Shown one piece after another: positions 1 to 7,656 of a stretch of DNA of 64,000 nucleotides (position 1 is the stretch's first letter; each line of letters opens with the position of its first letter). A program made the position numbers and the translations under genes. This DNA comes from Candidatus Portnoybacteria bacterium (GTDB lineage Bacteria > Patescibacteriota > Minisyncoccia > Portnoybacterales > GWB1-42-6). The DNA lies in assembly GCA_028688325.1 (NCBI GenBank), contig JAQTYI010000001.1, forward strand, positions 31,088-95,087, written 5' to 3'. The notes under the pieces are model-generated. The model was not told the origin of the DNA. It searched no databases and was given only the letters and a program-made list of their open reading frames with translations.

Positions 1-1538
1 ATCGTGGCTGGATCTTTCGGATTGGGATAAGCAGGCCGCAGAAAGAAAATCACGGGCGCCAAATTCTTGGGCAAATCCACGCCTTCGCCGTAATTGGCAA
101 CCGTGCCAACAAGCACACTTCCTTCGCCTTGTTGAAATTTCCTGGCCGCTTCCCTTGGCTTAATGCCATTCCCGTAGCTGATGGCGTCCACGCCTTCCTC
201 GCCGGCCAGCATCAGAAACTTCTCCCGCTCTTTATTTGACACAACCACCACCAAAGAGCGCGAACCGGCATCCTGCAAATCTCGACAGGCCTTTGCTATC
301 TTGCGCAATGACCGGGTTAAATCCTGGCGGCTGCGCGATTTCACGGCCAGATTGGGAGTATCCGAGGGAATCAGTATCTTAGCGTTCTCAACCGGAAAAT
401 CTGATTCAAAAGCATAGAAAGGAAACTTGATCCCCGATTCAAATCCCAATGTCTCCGCGTCACCGATAGTCGCCGAATAAGCCAGAGTCCGAGACGCTAA
501 TATCTTTTTGATAAGCGGAGCCACATAATAAGCCCTGATGACCAAACGATACTGCGTCTTGCTGTTCTCGCCGATCTCTTGCTCATAATAACCGTAGGTA
601 TAATTTAACGGCTTGCGATTGTCCGTTTCCAAGGAATACTCCAGCGACCGCAGATAGCGCGTCAAGCTTCTTGTTATCACTTCCGCGCGCTTCAATGTTT
701 CGTGCTGTTTTAACGCGTCAATCTTGCCATTTTTCATGGCCTGACGAACAGCGCGCATCATCGACCTTGAATCAATGCCGTAAAGATCGGACAGAAGATT
801 GTTTATTTCCGCCGGTTCAAGTAAAGTGGCGGTTCCCGGCTGTCGTTTTTTTACGACCTTCATCATCTTCCGGCGAAAACTGTCCAAAATCTGCGCCTCT
901 TGAATATCGGCATTGTAGAATAGATCCACCGCTTTCTCAAGATGATAATCAGTGATTTCGTAGCTCAAAGAGCCGCGGAATACCCTGGCGATCTGATGCA
1001 CTTCGTCGATTACCAGCCCGGCCGTCTCTCCCCATTCTTCCGAAAAAAGATGAGTGAAAAGATAAAAAGCCATGGTGCAGACCACGATGCCGCCTTGTTT
1101 GGCGTTCCATTTGTCGCCCAAATATGGGCAGGGCTCGGCGCCAGCCACTTCCGTTTCGCCCGTTTCCGCATCAACACGATGAGGACAATCAAGCAAAGAG
1201 CAGGGCGCTGCTTCGGCGGAAATCTCTCCGTTGTAATACAAACACGGATACTCGTTCCGGCCATACATCACTTTGACGTCCGGATGCAGTTTTTTGGCCT
1301 GATCCACAAGGGTCTTGTTGGGCGTGATGTAAAAAAGCGAAGTTTGCCCAGCCGCTTCCAGCGTTTTCAAAAATGTGTAGCCGATAGCGGTTTTTCCGGT
1401 GCCGGTTGGCAATTCCAGCAGCAGCGAACAATCATGTTTTTCAAGCAACATCAACGCTTTTCCCTGATTACCCATAATCTTCGGGTAACGATTCTTCGGC
1501 CAATGCGCCAAAAAATCCAGATGTTCCAGATGTTTCAT
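1..1538 (-). CDS. DinG/XPD-family SF2 helicase with Fe-S cluster cysteines (3' end beyond window)
   Basis: Hand translation from ATG at 1538 (RBS AAAGGAG upstream) stays open to base 3: MKHLEHLDFLAHWPKNRYP...; Walker A ELPTGTGKT, motif Ia YITPNKTLVDQ, GRNEYPC plus three more Cys (PCSLLDC...PCPY), motif II VIDEVH, motif III YSATIG, motif V EGVDLP, then RPAYPNP. Absent from the ORF track because there is no stop in the window. Confidence 0.9.
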   Translation of the reverse strand, partial: MKHLEHLDFLAHWPKNRYPKIMGNQGKALMLLEKHDCSLLLELPTGTGKTAIGYTFLKTLEAAGQTSLFYITPNKTLVDQAKKLHPDVKVMYGRNEYPCLYYNGEISAEAAPCSLLDCPHRVDAETGETEVAGAEPCPYLGDKWNAKQGGIVVCTMAFYLFTHLFSEEWGETAGLVIDEVHQIARVFRGSLSYEITDYHLEKAVDLFYNADIQEAQILDSFRRKMMKVVKKRQPGTATLLEPAEINNLLSDLYGIDSRSMMRAVRQAMKNGKIDALKQHETLKRAEVITRSLTRYLRSLEYSLETDNRKPLNYTYGYYEQEIGENSKTQYRLVIRAYYVAPLIKKILASRTLAYSATIGDAETLGFESGIKFPFYAFESDFPVENAKILIPSDTPNLAVKSRSRQDLTRSLRKIAKACRDLQDAGSRSLVVVVSNKEREKFLMLAGEEGVDAISYGNGIKPREAARKFQQGEGSVLVGTVANYGEGVDLPKNLAPVIFFLRPAYPNPKDPAT

Positions 1539-1634
1539 TGTATTCTCCTTTCAAAGAACTTTCTTGGGAATCTTTTCTAAGGAAAAGATGGCTCCCTTTC
1601 CAAAAATTCCATGGCTGAAATTCTTGGAAAGAGT

Positions 1635-2352
1635 GGTGAGAATCAGTTTTGATTCTCACCCCATAGATTGCCGGACTGAACCGTACACTGCGACACGGAA
1701 CGGTACCTATCCGGACATAAAATTATATAAAGAAAAGAATTTTAATGTAATAATGATGGTAGGAGTTCAAATGAACTCCTACCCCGCACAAAGCAATTCC
1801 GGACCGCACGCCACACTACCGAAGCGTAGCACGCATCACATTGCCTTCATTATTTTTAGTTATGGCAGAACATGATTATCAGAGGTTCTGCCCCACGCCT
1901 AGGTCCGCTAAACTACGCCCCGCACCAGCATGCTGGACATTACCTAACCCTACAAAAAAGAACTTTTCAAAAACTTCAATGACTTGAAATCTTTGAAAAA
2001 TTGACAGGAGTTCTTTTTAAAAAACTCCTGCCCCGAAGAACGCTGCGGCATACTCAACGCTACTGCACCAGAGCGAACTAAGCCGCGCGCAATCATATAA
2101 CATATATGGGTAGTTTTAAAAATTTAATTTTGGCGGGGATTAAATTTCACCCCGCCCCATGCAGGAGTGAAGATTGCTCCACTGCAGAATACTCTGCGCT
2201 GCGATACCAGATTTTTATAAAGAACTTTTCAAAAAATTCAAGCAAGTTGAATACTTTGAAAAATTGGCAGGGAATTTTTTAGATTCCCTGCCCCGAACCG
2301 AACAGGAGCGAAACGCGCGATACTTAAGACCGCTTAACACTACTTAGCTCCG
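1635..2352 (-). ncRNA. Array of six guide-like units (pentamer-periodic tract plus 3' hairpin); VIPR-like, non-canonical
   Basis: Hairpins at 1635-1660, 1758-1783, 1864-1892, 2003-2032, 2132-2156 and 2266-2292. Each abuts a 5-nt-periodic tract (1661-1720, 1784-1843, 1893-1952, 2033-2092, 2157-2211, 2293-2352). Among 71 plus-strand pentamers, position 1 is C/G in 70 and position 5 is A/G in 69. Confidence 0.85.
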
Positions 2353-2353
2353 A

Positions 2354-2941
2354 TTAGACAGCTTTCTTTGATTCCCACGATTCGATCCTGAACCGACCGA
2401 AAGGTCCGCGCCGCGCCGGCCGAAAATCACCCAGACCGACAGATGAGCCGGCCCTTTCCACGAGCGTTTTGGCCTTGTCTTCAGCGCAGGCCTTCTCATC
2501 AATCGTGAAAGTCGCCGAGAAGACCCATTTGTCAAACCGAGGCCGCACGATGCAGACCGTGATGCCCTTGCCGGGAATAATCCCTCTTCTCTTGTCCGTT
2601 TTCCATTTTTCCTCCTGATTGTGGAAAGGAAAAAAGATTTCCTCAATGGCCAGGAAAGACGGTAACAAAGTCGTATCCTTGGTGGAGATGGCCCGTTTTC
2701 CCTCCAACTTCACCAAACGGCCGGCTTCCACCAGGCAACTGAAAAGATAGCTGGCCGGGATACCGATTATTCCATTTTCGTTCTTGATCACCTTTTTGGC
2801 TGCTTCCTGATCCGGCGTCTTGTCGGCATCCTTGGCTTTCCTGGCGCCTGCTCCGCCAAAAAGCTCGTTTAACATGTCATCCGTCGCCGGATTCATCAGA
2901 ATCGGCGATACTCCCGTGAATTTGGCCTTTACAGTAATCAT
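2354..2941 (-). CDS. Stand-alone RAMP superfamily (Cas7/Csm3-like, Vipr-like) protein, 195 aa
   Basis: N-terminal beta strand ending in SPILMN, IPASYLFSCL (cf. RAMP IPGSSLKG), RPRFDKW strand, C-terminal glycine-rich loop GSSVGLGDFRPARRGPFGRF; RBS AAAGGAGG. Confidence 0.8.
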   Translation of the reverse strand: MITVKAKFTGVSPILMNPATDDMLNELFGGAGARKAKDADKTPDQEAAKKVIKNENGIIGIPASYLFSCLVEAGRLVKLEGKRAISTKDTTLLPSFLAIEEIFFPFHNQEEKWKTDKRRGIIPGKGITVCIVRPRFDKWVFSATFTIDEKACAEDKAKTLVERAGSSVGLGDFRPARRGPFGRFRIESWESKKAV

Positions 2942-3023
2942 ATTGCCTCCTTTGCGTTTAAGGTCCGTCGAGCATAAATTGTTTGAAAGAACCCCTAAAA
3001 TCCATCGCCAAAAGCGATTATAT

Positions 3024-3052
3024 ACAGTATCATATTATGAATATTGTGTCAA
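3024..3052 (-). promoter_or_regulatory. sigma70 promoter for the RAMP-array-helicase operon
   Basis: TTGACA (3052-3047), 17-nt spacer ending TGA, then TACTGT (3029-3024). Confidence 0.65.
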
Positions 3053-3186
3053 CCTATTGCCAAAAACATATTTTATGATAATATATAGAAGCTAAAAACT
3101 AATTCACGCCAAATAAAATACACGCTACGCAAAACGCCATTTGGCGTAGATTAGCGTTTATTGATTAGCGTAAAGTAGCTTCTATA

Positions 3187-3444
3187 ATGAAAAAAGACAT
3201 CCATCCCCAGTATTATCCCGAAGCCAAGGCCACTTGCGCCTGCGGCAATTCGTTCATCACCGGCTCGACCAAGCCAGAATTGAATGTGGAAATCTGCGCC
3301 CAGTGCCATCCGTTTTATACGGGCAAGGAAAAACTCATCGACACGGCCGGACGCGTTGACCGCTTCCGCAAGATGCAGGCCAAAAAGACCGACATCTCCG
3401 CCAAAAAAGGCGTGAAAAAAGAACGGATAAAGAAACAGAAATAA
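3187..3444 (+). CDS. rpmE: 50S ribosomal protein L31 (Zn-binding type)
   Basis: MKKDIHPQY...CACG...[10 protein letters not shown]...GRVDRF. Confidence 0.97.
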   Translation: MKKDIHPQYYPEAKATCACGNSFITGSTKPELNVEICAQCHPFYTGKEKLIDTAGRVDRFRKMQAKKTDISAKKGVKKERIKKQK

Positions 3445-3582
3445 TAAAGACAAGACATTTATTGTTCGAGTGAGCGCAACGAATCGAGAGCTGTAAAAGA
3501 CGGAAATTTAACTTCTCGACTTCAGTTTACCCTGAGCTTATCGAAGGGCTTGAAGAATGAATTTCCGTCTTTTTAAAATTCT

Positions 3583-4323
3583 ATGGCCAAAGGCGTCATT
3601 TTAGAAATTCGCGCTGGAGCCGGCGGAGACGAAGCCGCGATTTTCGCGGCTAATCTTTTCCGGATGTATTCAAGATACGCCCAATCGCAAGGTTGGAGCT
3701 TTTTGGTTATAGACGAAAGCCGCAATTCCATCGGCGGGCTCAAAGAAATAACCATGGAAATAACGGGCGCGGAGTCCTATGAACAGCTGAAAAATGAAAG
3801 CGGCGTGCATCGCGTCCAGCGGGTTCCCAAAACCGAAAAGAACGGCCGGGTGCACACTTCCACCGCCACTGTCGCCATCCTGCCCAAAGTTGACGCGGCC
3901 GAGATTAGAATCAATCCGCAAGACCTGCAAATTGACGCGGTGCGCTCTTCGGGACCGGGCGGACAAAATGTCAACAAACGCTCCACTGCCGTGCGAATAG
4001 TGCACTTGCCCACCAACACGGTCGTTTTTTCGCAGACCGAGCGTTCGCAGGCGCAAAACAAAGAAATTGCCATGGAGATCTTGCGCGCCAAGGTCTACGA
4101 AAATATGCGCAACAGGGAAATGGCCAGCTTGAGCCAGGAACGAAGAGCGCAAATCGGCACAGCCGACAGGTCCGAGAAAATACGCACCTACAATTATCCG
4201 CAAAACCGCATCACGGACCACCGCATCGGCAAAAGCTGGCACGACCTGGAAACTATCATCGACGGAAAAATGGATCCGATAGTCAAGGCCTTCCGCATAA
4301 CCGCTGATAAAACGGATTTGTAA
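3583..4323 (+). CDS. prfA: Peptide chain release factor 1-like, lacking the N-terminal domain
   Basis: [26 protein letters not shown] (PxT), [27 protein letters not shown]; only 246 aa; follows rpmE. Confidence 0.88.
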   Translation: MAKGVILEIRAGAGGDEAAIFAANLFRMYSRYAQSQGWSFLVIDESRNSIGGLKEITMEITGAESYEQLKNESGVHRVQRVPKTEKNGRVHTSTATVAILPKVDAAEIRINPQDLQIDAVRSSGPGGQNVNKRSTAVRIVHLPTNTVVFSQTERSQAQNKEIAMEILRAKVYENMRNREMASLSQERRAQIGTADRSEKIRTYNYPQNRITDHRIGKSWHDLETIIDGKMDPIVKAFRITADKTDL

Positions 4324-4463
4324 CGGATTGGCGGGATATTTCGATTCTATCCGTGATATCATCCAAAAAGCAGCAATGTCTGCGGCTTAGCTCTTAACAA
4401 TTCAATATCCAGGAGGAAGCAAAGGTCGTAAATTTTATTATCAATAATTTTTAATTTATCGCT

Positions 4464-5066
4464 ATGGACCCAGCCCAACAGAATTTCTCCATGCCCGGGC
4501 CTCAGTTTGGCAACGGCTCAAATGGCGACTGGCTCAAGAGAAACTCGCACAGGATAGCTTACGCCCTGGTAGCCCTACTGCTTGCCACGGGCGGATTCTA
4601 TTTCTACCGGAGCTACCAAGACAGAACCGCTTTGCTTGAACCGGATTTAAAAGGAATCGTCGCTTTGCCGGCGCCTTCCAGCAGCTCCCCTGCTCAAGCA
4701 AACACGGAAAAGGCAAAAGGCGCCCCGAGCCCGGCTCCGCAAGCCAAGCAAGCCGGCCAAGACATCGTCGCCATCGCCGCCAAAGGCAACGGCGCGACCC
4801 ATCTGGCCCGACAGGCGCTTAAAGAATACCTGAAAGACAAACCGGAACTTGCTCAGAAACTGAAACCGGAGCACCGCATCTTTATCGAGGATTATCTGCA
4901 AAAACATTTGCCCAACAAGCCAAAAACCCTGCGCATCGGCCAGCAACTGACTTTTTCCGCCGATGATTTCCAGGCCGCGATAGATAAGGCCTTGGCCTTA
5001 AACGACAATCAGCTCAAAAATCTCAACAAATATGTTCCCCTCGTTCCTTCTTTAATGACAATCTGA
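4464..5066 (+). CDS. Hypothetical membrane-anchored protein
   Basis: 200-aa ORF with one N-terminal TM segment and a Pro/Ala/Ser linker. Confidence 0.75.
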   Translation: MDPAQQNFSMPGPQFGNGSNGDWLKRNSHRIAYALVALLLATGGFYFYRSYQDRTALLEPDLKGIVALPAPSSSSPAQANTEKAKGAPSPAPQAKQAGQDIVAIAAKGNGATHLARQALKEYLKDKPELAQKLKPEHRIFIEDYLQKHLPNKPKTLRIGQQLTFSADDFQAAIDKALALNDNQLKNLNKYVPLVPSLMTI

Positions 5067-5165
5067 AATAGCATTGCTTGCCGTCCCGAATTTATTTCGG
5101 GATCTCTGTGATTCTGAAACAAGTTCAGAATGACAAATTTTAGACAATATCAAGAAACAATCCAA

Positions 5166-5204
5166 ACTAAAAACCGTCCCGCAACTGCGGGACGGTTTTT
5201 AGTT
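5166..5204. terminator. Bidirectional intrinsic terminator
   Basis: AACTAAAAACCGTCCCGCA-AC-TGCGGGACGGTTTTTAGTT between convergent genes. Confidence 0.8.
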
Positions 5205-5212
5205 GCTTTCTG

Positions 5213-6526
5213 CTATCTGGCGATGATATTCAGCTGGTCCTGGATAACGCCCGCCATTTCCATCACCTTGTCCCCGTAGAAAGAATATGTGGGATTGTTC
5301 CAGCGCTTGCCTGCGAAATAAATTTGCGCGGCCTTCCATTCGGCATTATAAGTTTGTGCGGCCGCCCCCGCCTGCGTCAATTTAACGCTGGCCGCCACAA
5401 ACGCGTCTTCAATGTTCCAGGGATCGGGAGGATTGTGGCCGGTAAGTTGAGCGACTTTATCCGCATAAGACAGCCAGACCGTAGGCAAAAATTGCGCCGG
5501 GCCCATAGCCCCGCCCCAGCCGTAAGCCGGCTTGCGCGAAACCGGAGTTTTATCCGGATCGAGGTTCAACGAATCGCATATCTGAACGAATGCCTGTTGG
5601 TCCCTGGCATGCATATCGCGCCGCCAAGTGCCGGTGCCCACTTTTTCTCCCCAGCTGGACTCGTTCTTCAGCACCGCCAGCAAAAATGCCGGCCTGATAC
5701 CGGTCAAGTTGGACGCTTGTTTGGCATACTGATACGCTTTTTCCAGCGTCATTGACAACCCGACTCCTTCAAGCAAATACAGATTTTTTCTGATCGCCTC
5801 GGCGTCGGCCTTGGCCTTTCTTGCCAGGGCTTGATAGTTCGATTCTTGCCCTTTGGTTTGCGCCAATAAATTCTTCTTATCATTTTGCTGCGCAGCCAGC
5901 GCCCGGCGCTGAATTTCCTGCAACACATTCAATTGATTCATTTCGTCGCGCCTGTCTTCCAAAATTTGCCGGTCGTTTTCCAGGGTGATTTTTGATTGCT
6001 GTATGGCCGTCATGCTTTCCTGCATGCCTTTTTGGATGTTCTGCAAAGAACTCGCTCTGTCAAAAATATCCGACAATTTTTCGTTGCCCAATATCATCTC
6101 CAGCGTTCCCTGCTGGTCGGCCTCATACACCGCCCGGACATATTCGGCGAGCAGCTGTCTTTCTCTGTCAAGCTTTAATTCGGCCTGGCCCAGAGCTAAA
6201 TTCTTGTCTGAAATCCCGGCTTCAACCGCGCGGATATCCAGAGCGGTGCGCCGTATCTCGAGCCCGGCCGCTTTAATTTTACTGTCCAGCAAGGAAATCT
6301 CCCTTTTTAAAGTGCCGCCTTGTTGTTGCAAATCTGAAATATTGGCGCGATATATATCGATTTGCTTTTGAATCTCGTCTATCTGCTGGCGCAAATTATT
6401 TTTTTGATCATCGGCAAGCGTGGCTGAAGCAAAACCAAAAGGAGAAAAAACCGAAACAAAAAACCACCCCGCCGCAAAAAGCAGAGTGGCCTCGTGGAAA
6501 AATTTATTTTTAAAAAGTTTTCCCAT
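5213..6526 (-). CDS. Secreted coiled-coil protein with a C-terminal lytic murein transglycosylase domain
   Basis: Signal/TM segment, long coiled coil, AVLKNESSWG and GGAMGPAQFLPTVW, DPWNIEDA motifs. Confidence 0.88.
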   Translation of the reverse strand: MGKLFKNKFFHEATLLFAAGWFFVSVFSPFGFASATLADDQKNNLRQQIDEIQKQIDIYRANISDLQQQGGTLKREISLLDSKIKAAGLEIRRTALDIRAVEAGISDKNLALGQAELKLDRERQLLAEYVRAVYEADQQGTLEMILGNEKLSDIFDRASSLQNIQKGMQESMTAIQQSKITLENDRQILEDRRDEMNQLNVLQEIQRRALAAQQNDKKNLLAQTKGQESNYQALARKAKADAEAIRKNLYLLEGVGLSMTLEKAYQYAKQASNLTGIRPAFLLAVLKNESSWGEKVGTGTWRRDMHARDQQAFVQICDSLNLDPDKTPVSRKPAYGWGGAMGPAQFLPTVWLSYADKVAQLTGHNPPDPWNIEDAFVAASVKLTQAGAAAQTYNAEWKAAQIYFAGKRWNNPTYSFYGDKVMEMAGVIQDQLNIIAR

Positions 6527-6547
6527 CCCGAAAAATTTTTAAAGCGA

Positions 6548-7222
6548 TTATTTTACTTGTTCCGCTTCCGCTTCGGCGGCAGCGGCAGCAGCCGCTTTTT
6601 CTTCCTCGCCGACGACCTTAACTTCGGCTACCGCTTCAACCGGCTTGACTTCCAATTCTTCCATCTCTTTGTCGGAACGCGGCGGCGACACCAAGGCGAC
6701 CGTTTCTTCCAAGTCGGCCAGAATCTTAACGCTGCCAGACAGCGCCAAATCCTTGATGTGAATTTTATCCTCGAATGTCGCCAGCGAAGAAATATCAACT
6801 TTGATTTCCTTGGGCAAGTCCTGCGGCAGCGCTTCAACTTCAACTTCCTGCATGGCGCGGACTAAAACGCCGCCGTCCGCCTTCACCGCCGGCGATTCGC
6901 CGATAAACACGAAAGGAACCTTGGCTTTCATCTTTTCATCCATTTTCACCTCAAAAAAATCCGCGTGTATCACCTGGCCGTTCAAAATATCTCGTTCAAG
7001 ATCGTGGATAAAAACATTGCGCTTTTTGCCGTCCACAGACAGGGACAAAAGAGTGGTTTCGCCGGCTTCCTTGAAAATGCCTTCAAAATCCTTGGCATTA
7101 ACCGTAATAGATATCGGTTTTTTCCCGTGGCCGTATAAAACAGCCGGAATAAATCCGGTTTTTCTCAAAGCGCTCACTTTTTTGCCAAGGATAATCCTTG
7201 GGTCGGCTTTTAGTTCCAACAT
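6548..7222 (-). CDS. rplY: 50S ribosomal protein L25/Ctc
   Basis: LRKTGFIPAVLYG, IHADF, plus a Ctc-type C-terminal domain. Confidence 0.95.
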   Translation of the reverse strand: MLELKADPRIILGKKVSALRKTGFIPAVLYGHGKKPISITVNAKDFEGIFKEAGETTLLSLSVDGKKRNVFIHDLERDILNGQVIHADFFEVKMDEKMKAKVPFVFIGESPAVKADGGVLVRAMQEVEVEALPQDLPKEIKVDISSLATFEDKIHIKDLALSGSVKILADLEETVALVSPPRSDKEMEELEVKPVEAVAEVKVVGEEEKAAAAAAAEAEAEQVK

Positions 7223-7328
7223 GAAATTCAATTAACAATTAACAATTAACAATGTATCACAATCTTGGGGTAAAAACAAGTACCGCTTTTAAAAAGCGGC
7301 CTTATTGCTTATTACCGGCTGTTTGCCG

Positions 7329-7538
7329 TCAATTAACTTTGATTATTTGCACAGGGCAAATTTCCGCGCTTTCCTTGGCGCAATCGGCCGCTTCGGCTTC
7401 CAGTTCCATATTCTCGCCGTTCATTTTGCCGCCAACAATGGAAGCCAGGCCGTCATCGGCCATAAAAAAATATTTCGGGCAAACTGCGGCGCAACTTCCG
7501 CAACCGATGCATTTTTGTCTTTCTTGGGTTATTTTCAT
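7329..7538 (-). CDS. Single-cluster 4Fe-4S ferredoxin
   Basis: CIGCGSCAAVCP...CPVQII. Confidence 0.92.
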   Translation of the reverse strand: MKITQERQKCIGCGSCAAVCPKYFFMADDGLASIVGGKMNGENMELEAEAADCAKESAEICPVQIIKVN

Positions 7539-7656
7539 TCAACCCGGCGCCAATACGCGAACTTTACGAATGCCACGAAATTATTGGCGGCATTCATGCA
7601 TCATTTGCACATTGGCGTCGCTTTATAAATTACAAATTAAATTCTATCACAAATCT

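Noticed and set aside
181-1580. Plus-strand ORFs 181-417, 671-955 and 942-1580
   Set aside because: Antisense shadows of the minus-strand helicase.
1564-1875. ORF-track proteins over the array (1564-1875 +, 1468-1659 -)
   Set aside because: No recognisable motifs; period-5 structure and hairpins argue for non-coding sequence.
1635-2352. Canonical CRISPR array
   Set aside because: No identical 25-45-bp direct repeats; hairpins differ in sequence, unit spacing is 106-139 bp, and no cas1/cas2 is present in the window.
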